Assembly: GCA_965205215.1 (NCBI GenBank)
Contig: OZ242041.1
Span: forward strand, 992,001 to 1,056,000
Length of the DNA: 64,000 nt
Direction: 5' to 3'
Source of the DNA: Nitrosopumilus sp.
GTDB lineage: Archaea > Thermoproteota > Nitrososphaeria > Nitrososphaerales > Nitrosopumilaceae
In this document: piece by piece, positions 51,604 through 61,189 of the stretch
Position numbering within the stretch: position 1 is the first letter of the stretch
How the letters are laid out: each line of letters opens with the position of its first letter
Translations under genes and position numbers: made by a program
Notes under the pieces: model-generated
Seen by the model: the letters and a program-made list of their open reading frames with translations, nothing else
What the model was told of the DNA's origin: nothing
Databases searched by the model: none

Positions 51604-51967
51604 GAATGACGATGGTTTGGACGCAGGCGGCAGCGGCGCATGGCTCCTGAGGTGCATATGCGACGAGACGCGCTTTGCCATGCTGGAGATGCTCCAAAAG
51701 GAGAAGGAGATGTGCGTGGGTGACTTTGTCTCACACCTCCAGAGGGACCAGCCGCTGGTATCGCACCACCTGAAGAGGCTCAAAGAGTGCGGGATCCTGA
51801 CGTCGAGGCAGGACGGCAAGAAGGCGATGTACCGGATATCAAATCCGCGCCTCGCGGGACTGATCGCGGACATTGCCGATGCCGGACGGCAGATTCCGAA
51901 CCTGTGCGGCGACAACGGCGGCAGCGGTGACGGCATGGGTTCGGACGGCCGCGCGTGCGGATGCTGA
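51602..51967 (+). CDS. arsR: ArsR/SmtB family regulator
   Basis: DETR..ML..L, EMCVGD, QPLVSHHL..L, extra cysteines. Confidence 0.9.
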   Translation: MNDDGLDAGGSGAWLLRCICDETRFAMLEMLQKEKEMCVGDFVSHLQRDQPLVSHHLKRLKECGILTSRQDGKKAMYRISNPRLAGLIADIADAGRQIPNLCGDNGGSGDGMGSDGRACGC

Positions 51968-51981
51968 CGGGGGCGCTACAC

Positions 51982-53532
51982 TCAGAGCGCGACGCATCCG
52001 TTGTTCTCGCCGTTTATCACGCTGTCGTGCCAGTGTGCAAAGCGGTCGCTGTGCTCCGTATGTATCGGAATTATGTTCTTTGCATTGGACCCCTTTGCCA
52101 CCCTCTTGATCTGATCCCCCGTTCCGTGCCCGGAGACGTGCAGCGTAATCCACGACTCTTCGTCCCTGATCAGCCCAAAGTGGTGCAGCCACCGCTTTAT
52201 CCTGTCGTGGCCAAGCTCCATCTCGTCGCTGAACGGCTCCGTGGACGAGTGTATGTACGACGAGCCCCCCTCCGGGCGTATGTCGATCAGCTGCTGCAGG
52301 TTGTAGTCGTTGCAGTACAGGACGTACCCCTTCTGCGCTGCCTTTACGTCTGAATACGTGGCCTGCTCCGCCTTGCCGTTGATTATCTCCTTTTTCCATT
52401 TTTCCGAATAGTCCCCCATCATCAGGCTGTCGTCCCACGCCCCCTTCTTGGCCCCTACCAGGCCCTTGCTCATTCTGGGCAGGAAGATCTTGATGTTCGG
52501 ATCGTCCAGGCGCGGGTACGCGCCCCTGTTCTCCTTTGAGGACTCGAACCGCTTTAGCAGGTATGCCTGCTTGAAGTCGATCAGCATGTACCTGCCGGAC
52601 CTCACCGCCGCGTTGTACAGCGACAGGAACCTGTCGAGATCCCTTACCGGATACGACACCACCGACAGCTTTTCTGTGTTCTGCATGACCTCGAGCGCGT
52701 CCTCCTCCACGCTCTCCTCGGTGGGCGAGGACCTGACGTCGACGCGCGTCCCCTCGCACAGCATATAGTCCGGCTTCTCGGAGCCGCACGCGTCGACGAA
52801 CCTTTCTGTCTCCTTTTTGCGCCTGCCGTGGAACCTGAGATCCCCGGTATACGCGATCGAGCCTGCCGACGTGTGTATCATGAACCCGCATGCCCCCGGA
52901 AGCGAGTGGTCCACCGGGAGGGGCTCGAACTCGATGGAGTCTATCCTGTACTTTTTGTACGGCTTTACGAGCGATATGTTGCGGCCGCGCTCCTCCCTGT
53001 TCTTGCTGCTCGTGGCCCAGCTGGCGCTGCCCTTTGTATTGGTGTACGTCTTGAACTCTTCTTTGTACGTGACAAAGTGGCCGCCTCCCATCCCGGTGTC
53101 CTGGAGCGCCTGCATGATGATCTTGGTGGCCTCCGTGCAGTATACCGGGATGTCGGGCCTCAGGTAGTGTATGTACTCGCAGTGGTCCACGTGGGCGTGC
53201 GTGAGCAGCACGCCGTGTATGGAGTCCTCTGACTTGCTGTCCTTTTTGAACCACCCCTTTGGATCCGGCCCTTTTGCGAGGTGCCCTGTGTAGTCCCGCC
53301 TGTATATGCCCCTTATCCGGGGGAGCAGCCCGAACTCAAACAGGTCCGCCAGCGCACTGCCCTTTCTGGGGCCCATCATCATGTCGTAGTACTTGCCGTG
53401 CAGCCCCATCTGCATCCCGAAGTCCAGGAATATCCTAGTCCCCTTGTCCTCGAGCAGGAACTTGTTGCCGCCTATCTCGTTCATCCCCCCGTAAAACGTG
53501 ATTCTTGGGCCCCTTGCGGCTGCCAATGCCAT
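51982..53532 (-). CDS. Metallo-beta-lactamase/beta-CASP hydrolase (RNase J-like)
   Basis: GG.NEIGGN, THAHVDH, VDHS, YTGD, CEGT, HVSGH, IPIHTE. Confidence 0.88.
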   Translation of the reverse strand: MALAAARGPRITFYGGMNEIGGNKFLLEDKGTRIFLDFGMQMGLHGKYYDMMMGPRKGSALADLFEFGLLPRIRGIYRRDYTGHLAKGPDPKGWFKKDSKSEDSIHGVLLTHAHVDHCEYIHYLRPDIPVYCTEATKIIMQALQDTGMGGGHFVTYKEEFKTYTNTKGSASWATSSKNREERGRNISLVKPYKKYRIDSIEFEPLPVDHSLPGACGFMIHTSAGSIAYTGDLRFHGRRKKETERFVDACGSEKPDYMLCEGTRVDVRSSPTEESVEEDALEVMQNTEKLSVVSYPVRDLDRFLSLYNAAVRSGRYMLIDFKQAYLLKRFESSKENRGAYPRLDDPNIKIFLPRMSKGLVGAKKGAWDDSLMMGDYSEKWKKEIINGKAEQATYSDVKAAQKGYVLYCNDYNLQQLIDIRPEGGSSYIHSSTEPFSDEMELGHDRIKRWLHHFGLIRDEESWITLHVSGHGTGDQIKRVAKGSNAKNIIPIHTEHSDRFAHWHDSVINGENNGCVAL

Positions 53533-53577
53533 GGTGGCGTCGCGGGCGCTAATAAGGCTGGCGTGCTGCCGCGTGCG

Positions 53578-54216
53578 CTAGTGCTTGCCGCTTACGATGT
53601 AGTTGACCGCCCTGCTCATGTGCATGGCGTGATCCGCAATCCTCTCGAGGTATCCGAGCAGCAGCGCCTCGACTAGCGCGCACCTCTTGTCCGTGCCGGA
53701 TGCGCCCAGCATGGGGAGCCTCTCCTTGTATATCTTGTCCACGTACTCCTCGTTGACTGCTATCATGCCCGCCTTGCCCGTGTCGAGCATCGCAAATGAC
53801 TGCAGCGCACCCTTTGCCATCTGCATAGTCTCGTTTGTCACCTGGTGGAGCCACTCGTTGTTGCACGACGATATGTCCCCGAACTTGTCGCGGACAAACG
53901 TTATGTCATACGAGTACCTGCCGAACCTGTGGAGCGCGTACGATATCTCGATTGCCGACCTGATGAACCTAAAGTCAGATGCCACGGGCTGAAACTTTAG
54001 CATCGTGGTGAATACCAGCTCCCCCACCTCGTGGTATTTTTCGGTAATTTCGTCTGACATGTCCTTGACCTCCGTGATGGGGTTCGTCCCCTTGAGGTAC
54101 GAGTTGATCGCCGTCTCCAGGCTCTGTATGGCCAGGTCGCCCATCTCCGACATCAGCGCGGACAGCTGGTGCAGGTTGGGGTCCATGAGCCGCGTCATTT
54201 TCACAGCTTGTATCAT
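53578..54216 (-). CDS. phoU: PhoU family protein
   Basis: QPVASDFR, LERIADHA; follows pstB. Confidence 0.9.
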   Translation of the reverse strand: MIQAVKMTRLMDPNLHQLSALMSEMGDLAIQSLETAINSYLKGTNPITEVKDMSDEITEKYHEVGELVFTTMLKFQPVASDFRFIRSAIEISYALHRFGRYSYDITFVRDKFGDISSCNNEWLHQVTNETMQMAKGALQSFAMLDTGKAGMIAVNEEYVDKIYKERLPMLGASGTDKRCALVEALLLGYLERIADHAMHMSRAVNYIVSGKH

Positions 54217-54324
54217 GCCCTGATACTTTAATCGTGCGCGTCAGGGGTCTGTGCCGGACTCGCGTCCGGCCCGCCCGCCGTGATGAATCTTGGTTTGCCG
54301 CGCAGTCACTTGGCCGCGTGGTTG

Positions 54325-55158
54325 TCAGCCGAACTGGCCTTCGACGTACTTTGCGGTCAGCTCGTTTCTGGGGTTTTGGAATATGTCGTCGGTCCTTCCG
54401 TGCTCTATGAGGTCGCCCAGGTACATGAACGCGGTGTAGTCCGAGCACCTGATTGCCTGCTGCATGTTGTGCGTCACTATGATGATGCAGTACTCGCTTG
54501 AGAGGTCCTTTATCGTCTCCTCGATCTTCTGGGTCGCAATCGGGTCCAGCGCGGACGCCGGCTCGTCCATCAGCAGTACCTCCGGCTGTATCGCAAGGGC
54601 CCTTGCAATGCACAGCCTCTGCTGCTGGCCCCCCGACAGCTCGATTGCGGGCCTCTTGAGGTCGTCGCTCACCTCGTCCCACAGGTACGCCATCTTCAGG
54701 CAGTCCTCCACGATCTCGTCGAGTATGGCCCTGTCCCTCACCCCGTTGAGCCTTACGCCGGACACGACGTTGTCGTATATGGACATGGTGGGAAACGGGT
54801 TCGGCTTTTGGAACACCATTCCGACCTTTCTCCTGTGGTATATGGGGTCTATGTTGGAGTCGTACAGGTCCGTCTGGTCTATCGTGACCCTCCCCTCCAC
54901 GCGCGAGCCCGGGGTCATGTCGTGCATGCGGTTAAGGCAGCGCAGAAAGGTGGTCTTGCCGCATCCTGAAGGCCCTATCAGCGCTGTGATGGAGTTCTCC
55001 GGGAACTTTAGGCTGATGTCCTTTACTGCCCTGACGTCGCCGTAGTATACGTTGACGTTTTCTGTCACCATCTTGAAGCGCTTGTTTGCAAAGACGCCGC
55101 CCTGCTTTTCGTCACTCGGTGCCCGCTTTTGCGGCTCGGCCGTTATGATGTTGCTCAT
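54325..55158 (-). CDS. pstB: Phosphate ABC transporter ATPase
   Basis: [39 protein letters not shown]. Confidence 0.96.
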   Translation of the reverse strand: MSNIITAEPQKRAPSDEKQGGVFANKRFKMVTENVNVYYGDVRAVKDISLKFPENSITALIGPSGCGKTTFLRCLNRMHDMTPGSRVEGRVTIDQTDLYDSNIDPIYHRRKVGMVFQKPNPFPTMSIYDNVVSGVRLNGVRDRAILDEIVEDCLKMAYLWDEVSDDLKRPAIELSGGQQQRLCIARALAIQPEVLLMDEPASALDPIATQKIEETIKDLSSEYCIIIVTHNMQQAIRCSDYTAFMYLGDLIEHGRTDDIFQNPRNELTAKYVEGQFG

Positions 55159-55161
55159 AAC

Positions 55162-56169
55162 CTATGCACTGCCTCCCCTCATGTTTGGCAATAAACCTTT
55201 GCGCGATCTCCTGCCGCCGTTTGCCCCGATGCCGCCGCCCCTTCTCCCCTGGAAGTAGTACCGCACGCCGACGTGTATTGCAAGTATTATAATCACCAGG
55301 ACGAGCGCGGCCCCCCACCCGGCAAGCCTGGCCTCCTCGTACGGCAGCAGCGAAAAGCGCCATATGCGCAGGGGCAGCGCGTCCATGGGCGCGTCAAGCG
55401 ACGAGAAGAACTGGCTGCTTCCCAGTATCGTCATTATGAGCGGGGCCGTCTCGCCGCCTATCCTTGACACGGACAGCAGCACGCCGGTCAGGAGCCCGCG
55501 CTTTGCGGTTGCAAGCACTATGCGGAACGCGATCGTGGCCTTCTTGAGGCCCAGCGCAGTACCCGCCTCCCTGTACGTCCAGGGCACCATCTTGAGCTGC
55601 TCCTCCGTGGCCCTTGCGACTATGGGGAACATGATGAGCGAGAGCGCAAAGGCGCCGGCCCATATCGAAAAGTGTCCCAACAGCAGGACGATTGCCAAAA
55701 ACGCGAACAGCCCGAGCACGATGGACGGCACCTCCATGAACACGTCAAGCAGGAACCTCATCTGCTTTGCCAACCGGCTGCCGCTGCCCACCTCTGAGAG
55801 GTACACGCCGGCGCCGATTCCTATCGGTATGCCTATCAGCGACGAGAGCCCGATGATGATTATGGTGCCCTGTATGGCGGGCCCCACGTTTATCGTGCCC
55901 GCGCCTATGGCCCCGGGCTCCTCTGTGAAGAATTCGACTGAGAGGGCGGGGGCCCCTCCTACTATGAGCTGCCCGAGTATCCAGAAGAGCGGCACTATGG
56001 CGACTATGGCGCACGCCGTAATCCCGCCCACCATTATGCGGTCCACCTTGAGCCTGCCGCTCACGTTTGACTTGAACATGGCCCTGATCTCGGCCCGCCG
56101 CCGGCTTCTTGGGGTGGATGCCGTGGCCGCCGCCCCGCCGCCCCCGTAGTGCGCGTCGCCGCCGGTCAA
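55162..56169 (-). CDS. pstA: Phosphate ABC permease
   Basis: GVYLSE, VPSIVLGL, REAG.ALG, GETAPL. Confidence 0.94.
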   Translation of the reverse strand: MTGGDAHYGGGGAAATASTPRSRRRAEIRAMFKSNVSGRLKVDRIMVGGITACAIVAIVPLFWILGQLIVGGAPALSVEFFTEEPGAIGAGTINVGPAIQGTIIIIGLSSLIGIPIGIGAGVYLSEVGSGSRLAKQMRFLLDVFMEVPSIVLGLFAFLAIVLLLGHFSIWAGAFALSLIMFPIVARATEEQLKMVPWTYREAGTALGLKKATIAFRIVLATAKRGLLTGVLLSVSRIGGETAPLIMTILGSSQFFSSLDAPMDALPLRIWRFSLLPYEEARLAGWGAALVLVIIILAIHVGVRYYFQGRRGGGIGANGGRRSRKGLLPNMRGGSA

Positions 56170-57152
56170 TTCCTAATCGCCCCCTCCCTCACCTTTAGCA
56201 TCCTGGTTACGATATAGTGCGCTATCACGTTTACCGCCATGGCCACGAGCAGCAGGACGAGTCCGATACCTATGAGCGCCGGCAGGTGTATGGACGCGGG
56301 CGACGCCTCGATGAACTCGTTTGCTATAATGCTTGACATGGTCTGGCTGGGGTGGAACAGCGACTGGGGTATGGCGGCCGCCCCTATCGTGTTTCCTATC
56401 AGCATCGTCACCGCCATCGTCTCCCCGATGGCCCTGCCCAGGCCGAGTATGGACGCGCCCATAAGCCCCGCCTTTGAGTACGGGAAGACCGCCAGCCTGA
56501 ACATCTCCCACGTGGTGCTTCCCAGCATGTATGCGGCCTCCTTCTGCTGCTGGGGTACTGCCATCATCACCTCCCTTGAGACCGCGGATATGGTGGGTAT
56601 GATCATTATGGCCAGTATGATACTGGCCGAAAGCACGTCGAGCCCGAACGGGGCCCCGGAGAACAGGAATATCGAGTCGCCAAACGCGTCGTGCAGCGGC
56701 TCCTCTATCCAGTCCCTAAAGTATATCCTGAATATGAACAGCCCCCACAGGCCGTACACCACGCTTGGCACCGCCTCAAGCAGCTCGATGAGGTATCCCA
56801 TGGGCTGGCCGATCCTCCTTGGGACGATCATGACGAACATCGCTATGCCGATGCTCAGCGGCAGCGCTATCGTCATGGCAATTGCTGACGTGATCAGCGT
56901 CCCCAGTATGTACGGCAGGGCCCCGTACGACTCGCGGCCCTCCACCGCGTTCCAGTCCGTCCCGGTGATAAAGCCCACCACCCCCTCCTCCTGCCAGACC
57001 GGCCCGGACTCCCATCCGAGCTGCAGCACCATGATCAGTATGATCGCGAGGACGTAGACGCCCGCGAGGGCTGTTCCCACCTTGAACAGCTTGTCCACGA
57101 GCGGGGGCCGCCCCTCCCGCGCAATCCTGCCACCGAGGCGGTCCTTCTGCAT
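56166..57152 (-). CDS. pstC: Phosphate ABC permease
   Basis: PSVVYGLWG, GRAIGETMAV; start placed at ATG 57152 (57185 possible). Confidence 0.94.
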   Translation of the reverse strand: MQKDRLGGRIAREGRPPLVDKLFKVGTALAGVYVLAIILIMVLQLGWESGPVWQEEGVVGFITGTDWNAVEGRESYGALPYILGTLITSAIAMTIALPLSIGIAMFVMIVPRRIGQPMGYLIELLEAVPSVVYGLWGLFIFRIYFRDWIEEPLHDAFGDSIFLFSGAPFGLDVLSASIILAIMIIPTISAVSREVMMAVPQQQKEAAYMLGSTTWEMFRLAVFPYSKAGLMGASILGLGRAIGETMAVTMLIGNTIGAAAIPQSLFHPSQTMSSIIANEFIEASPASIHLPALIGIGLVLLLVAMAVNVIAHYIVTRMLKVREGAIRN

Positions 57153-57190
57153 GTAACAACGGGCGCGCCTGGGGATATCTGCCATTGAGC

Positions 57191-57201
57191 TATAGTCTAT
57201 G
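57191..57201 (-). promoter_or_regulatory. Candidate phosphate-regulon box CATAGACTATA upstream of pstC
   Basis: Identical 11-mer at nearly the same distance upstream of pstS. Confidence 0.6.
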
Positions 57202-57382
57202 GTCTTACCGTACGCAGCCATATTCTATATAGTATATTTTAACGAGCGGCATAGTCCCGCTGTTCTGTGATGGAGCGGCCGTGTCCCCCGCGTGCGTGGC
57301 GGCCCGCAGCGCGCGGTGACGGTTCGGTGGTGGCAGTGACGACAGCGGCAGCGGCACTGATCGCGGGGGTGGCGCGCGGGCC

Positions 57383-58234
57383 GTGCTAGGGGCAGTGGCA
57401 GGCTCCGCCGAGGAGCTTGTCATACTAGGGGCAGCGGCACTTGCGATCGGCTTTGTGGGGGGAATGGTGGGGCTGGTGCTTGGCGTCGTGCGCTATCCCA
57501 TAATCCTGGGCGCAGAGTCCTCTGCGTTTGTGGCGGCCGGCACGAACATAGGGGTCAGCACGGCGGGCGCGATATCTGGCGCGGTCGGGCACCTCCGCTC
57601 AAACCGCTTCCACCTGAGGGTATTTTCCGTAATGGCGGTCACGGGAGCGGCAGGCGGCTTTGCAGGCAGCTTTGCCACGTCGGCCGTCCCGGCGTACGCG
57701 CTTCTGGGGCTGGTGCTGTGCATAGTGTGCTACGAGTCGTACTCCCTTGCGCGCCCAGGCAGGGGGGCCGGGGCGGCGGACTCGCGCGGCAGCGCCGCTG
57801 AGCCGGGCGGTGCCTCCGCGGCCGATTCGGATTCGGACGGCGCAACTCTCTCAAGGTCCCGGATTGCAAAGGAGGCGTCGATAGGGCTGGGGGTCGGCCT
57901 GCTGGGGGGCATGGTGGGGCTCGTGCTTGGGAGCGTCAGGCTGCCTGCGATGATGCGCATCCTGCGCATGCGCCCGCGGGTGGCGGTTGGGACGAACCTT
58001 GCCGCGTCGGCCGTCATGGGCGCCGCGGCCGTCGCGGGGCACCTCATAAACGGGGGCATCAGCATCCCGATGCTTGCGGTCATGGCCCCGGCCGCGATGG
58101 CGGGGGCGTATGCGGGCTCACGGTTCACGGGGCGCTTTGATGACGGCACGCTAAAGCGCGTGATAGGCGTGGTCCTTGCGGGCGTGGCCGTGTTCCTTGC
58201 GGCGCGGCTTGCCGCGTCGCTCCAGCTTGCCTGA
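57383..58234 (+). CDS. TauE/SafE family anion exporter
   Basis: Two repeats of GGMVGLVLG..R.P and AGTN/VGTN; about 8 TMs. Confidence 0.85.
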   Translation: MLGAVAGSAEELVILGAAALAIGFVGGMVGLVLGVVRYPIILGAESSAFVAAGTNIGVSTAGAISGAVGHLRSNRFHLRVFSVMAVTGAAGGFAGSFATSAVPAYALLGLVLCIVCYESYSLARPGRGAGAADSRGSAAEPGGASAADSDSDGATLSRSRIAKEASIGLGVGLLGGMVGLVLGSVRLPAMMRILRMRPRVAVGTNLAASAVMGAAAVAGHLINGGISIPMLAVMAPAAMAGAYAGSRFTGRFDDGTLKRVIGVVLAGVAVFLAARLAASLQLA

Positions 58235-58397
58235 CTGCGGGGGCCGCGGGCTTCTTTGCGACGGCGGCCGCACGTGATAGACCCTGGCGTGCCGGTGCCG
58301 GCCCTGCGCACGCGCGTTATATGGCGGGCGCCCCCATCCTGTCATCCGAGCCAAAAAACAAAAAATTATTGCTGTTGTCGCGTCTAGCCGTACGTCA

Positions 58398-59678
58398 CTA
58401 TTCGACTATTATGATTCCCTCTTGAATCAAAAACTGCAGGGCGCCTATCAGGTCAGCGTCTGATATGCCCCCCTCCGCATAGTATCCGAAGAGGGTCTTT
58501 ACCCACGACGGGATGAGTTCCCCGTCGCCGCTGTCTGACCCTGCCGGCTCTGCTGCAACGCTGGTCGGCCCCGTGTATACGGGCTGTCCCTGGTATGTGA
58601 TCTTGGAGAGTCCCTCCAGTCCGATGTTCTGCACGGGTGCCGAGATCGGCACGTACAGGAGGTCCGCGTTGTACTGCTGCCCGTCGGTGATTATCCACGC
58701 GATGAGGTTTGCCACCTCCTTTGCGTGGTCGTAGTCCCTGACCGAGCCGTCGAGATCGGGATGCACAATCAGGTACGAAAAGCTCGTAATCGGGTACGAG
58801 TTCTCGCCCGGTGCCGCAAGCAGGTCGACTCCCCTCCAGCTCTCGTGAGCCCCTGGGAGCGTCGGCGCCGCCCCGCCCGATGCGGCCGACGCGCTGTCCA
58901 GCGTCGGCATCACAAAGCCGGTCCTGTCGCCGTTCTGGATTGCCGCCACCGTCGTGTCTTCCTGGAACGCGTATGCAAGCGTGATGTAGCCGATTGCGCC
59001 CTCGTTGGTCTTTACCAGTGCGGCGACGCCCTCGTTTCCGGGCGCGCCGAATCCTGTGCGCCACTGGACGCTCTTGCCTGCCCCGACCTCTTCCTCCCAT
59101 TCCGGGCACACCTTTGTCAGGTAGCTGGTAAAGGCGAACGTCGTTCCGGAGCCGTCGGATCTCTGCGCCACAAACACGTTCTTCTCAGGCAGGCTTACGC
59201 CCGGGTTGTGCTCTGTTATCCTTGGATCGTTCCATTCTGTGATCTCTCCGAGGTAGATGCCGCAGAGCGCCTCCTCTGTCAGCTTCAGTCCCGTATCCAC
59301 CCCTGGCAGGTTGTACGCCAGTGATATGGCACCTATCATCTCCGGTATGGTAATTGATCCGGGGGCTAGCTCGTACTCAGAGTCCCTGAGCGGCGCGTCT
59401 GATGCCGCAAAGTTGACCGTCTTCTCGATGTGCTGCTTTACCCCGCCCCCGCTTCCGATCGACTGGTAGTTGAGCTCGATATGCGGATTGATCTCGGCAT
59501 ATTTTACCCTCCACAGGTCCATCAGCGGGAACGCGAACGATGCGCCCGCAGCGTCAATCCTGACGGTGTCTGCCTCCTGCGCCTGCGCCGCCTGCATGGC
59601 TCCGCCCGAGGTGTATGTGGGCAGGAGCGAAGTCATTAGTACTGCGATCAGTGCTATTGTTGCAATTCGTTTCGTCAT
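58398..59678 (-). CDS. pstS: Phosphate-binding protein with C-terminal IPSWVK-type thaumarchaeal tail
   Basis: GASF..P, YQSIGSGGG, RSDGSGTT, GNEGV, YPI; C-terminal IPSWVK...ISD..LI.ALQFLI..GII. Confidence 0.95.
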   Translation of the reverse strand: MTKRIATIALIAVLMTSLLPTYTSGGAMQAAQAQEADTVRIDAAGASFAFPLMDLWRVKYAEINPHIELNYQSIGSGGGVKQHIEKTVNFAASDAPLRDSEYELAPGSITIPEMIGAISLAYNLPGVDTGLKLTEEALCGIYLGEITEWNDPRITEHNPGVSLPEKNVFVAQRSDGSGTTFAFTSYLTKVCPEWEEEVGAGKSVQWRTGFGAPGNEGVAALVKTNEGAIGYITLAYAFQEDTTVAAIQNGDRTGFVMPTLDSASAASGGAAPTLPGAHESWRGVDLLAAPGENSYPITSFSYLIVHPDLDGSVRDYDHAKEVANLIAWIITDGQQYNADLLYVPISAPVQNIGLEGLSKITYQGQPVYTGPTSVAAEPAGSDSGDGELIPSWVKTLFGYYAEGGISDADLIGALQFLIQEGIIIVE

Positions 59679-59717
59679 TACACCCCTGCTCTCTAAAGGC
59701 TACTTAGTCCTGTAGTG

Positions 59718-59728
59718 TATAGTCTATG
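59718..59728 (-). promoter_or_regulatory. Candidate phosphate-regulon box CATAGACTATA upstream of pstS
   Basis: Matches the box upstream of pstC. Confidence 0.6.
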
Positions 59729-59874
59729 TATGCGTATGATGAAACATGTGGGGTATGATCTGCCCTATATGCATATGGTTGCGGGGTTCTGCTGTGAATT
59801 CGTGAGCCGGGCGCGGCTGGCCCCTGAAGGTCATATGGCCGTACAAAAACCGAATTCTTGAAAACGGAATCGTC

Positions 59875-60885
59875 TCACAGGTGCTTTACCACGAATCCGG
59901 ACTCCTTGCAGCCGTCATAGTTGTGGCGTATCTCTGTGGGCCAGCCCTTTCCCGTATCGAGAAGATCAAGCGATTTTCTCATCTCCCTGAGCCGGTCGTA
60001 ATAGCCGTGGTTTCTCTCAATCAGACACTCTGTAAACTCTGGTTGTACAAGCGAGTCGCTCTTTCGCAGGTTGCAGTTCTGGCAGCTGAGAACCAGGTTC
60101 CAGGGATCGTCGTCAAACATGTAGGACCACGGTATGAAGTGGTCGACGTTTATGTAGTGCCTCTCCAGTCTTGCCCGGCAGTAAAAGCAGTGGGTGGAGT
60201 CCCTGAACATGGTGCGGTACTTGTTGAGGCTGCCCCTCCTCGCGTTGGCATTCTCCAGCTTTGAGATTAGCTTGGGCATGGTGTTTATCTTTTCAAGATA
60301 CCGTGTCCACTCCACCAGGACTGCCTTTAGCAGCACATCGTAATGGCTGCTCAAAAACTTGGATATTCCATCCTTGAGGTGGATCATCTTTTCCTTGTCG
60401 CTGTGGGTGTAGAATACGCCTGCCTCCTCCTTGCTGAGCCCCCTGATGTTCTGGAACCTGGGAACGACTTGGGATGTGCCGTTGTTTTCGTTTCCAAACA
60501 CCCTCTTCATCATGCTCTCTTCTGCCGCCTCCTTGGCCTCTCTGTCGACGTCCTTGAACAGCTTGGCGGGATCGCTTCCAAACCTCTCCTGAATGATCTG
60601 CACGGCATGGGGCATGCTTTTCGTGCTAAAGCTCTGTTTTATTCTGAATAGGGACTCCTGGTGCCAGTAGTACTTTACAAAGGATTCTGCAAGATAGTCA
60701 TACGGCACGTGATCCCTAATGCTAGGATCTGATCCGTAGTCCGCCTGCTTTCTACAGTGTTCGAGCAGGGCCCGGGCCAGCGCGAACTTGTACGTGTTGC
60801 TCTTGCTACCCTTGGTTAGTATGCGCAGGAATGCCTTACGTAACTCGGCATCCGACGGAACCCCGGATCCCATGGGTGAATTCAT
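59875..60885 (-). CDS. HNH endonuclease with N-terminal putative DNA-recognition domain
   Basis: CFYC...VDHFIPWS...NLVLSCQNCNLRK; N-terminal SNTYKFALARALL...KYYW; start uncertain. Confidence 0.85.
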   Translation of the reverse strand: MNSPMGSGVPSDAELRKAFLRILTKGSKSNTYKFALARALLEHCRKQADYGSDPSIRDHVPYDYLAESFVKYYWHQESLFRIKQSFSTKSMPHAVQIIQERFGSDPAKLFKDVDREAKEAAEESMMKRVFGNENNGTSQVVPRFQNIRGLSKEEAGVFYTHSDKEKMIHLKDGISKFLSSHYDVLLKAVLVEWTRYLEKINTMPKLISKLENANARRGSLNKYRTMFRDSTHCFYCRARLERHYINVDHFIPWSYMFDDDPWNLVLSCQNCNLRKSDSLVQPEFTECLIERNHGYYDRLREMRKSLDLLDTGKGWPTEIRHNYDGCKESGFVVKHL

Positions 60886-60943
60886 ACCAGAGACCAATAT
60901 ATTCTGGTATGCGGTAGCGGGTTGTGGTTACGGCCGCGGCCGG

Positions 60944-61013
<70 letters not shown>

Positions 61014-61033
61014 AACGCATGTAAACCTCCGGC

Positions 61034-61160
61034 TTCAAGCAGCGCCGTTGGCTGACCCCTACCCACACATGGCACATGATGCCTTGTTGTTGAATGGGGC
61101 GATCCGAGCTGCGGCGATAGTGGGGCACGACCCCTGATAGATGGGTGCAGCTTCCAGCCT
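61034..61160 (+). ncRNA. Putative bridge/seek RNA of the IS110 element (ends approximate)
   Basis: Two stem/internal-loop/hairpin units; loop segments ACCCACACA (61061-69) and TTGTTGTTG (61084-92) match the target flanks, ATAGATG (61137-43) matches the element's right end. Confidence 0.8.
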
Positions 61161-61189
61161 ACAAAGTGAAAGAAAAGGGAGGTGAGAAA

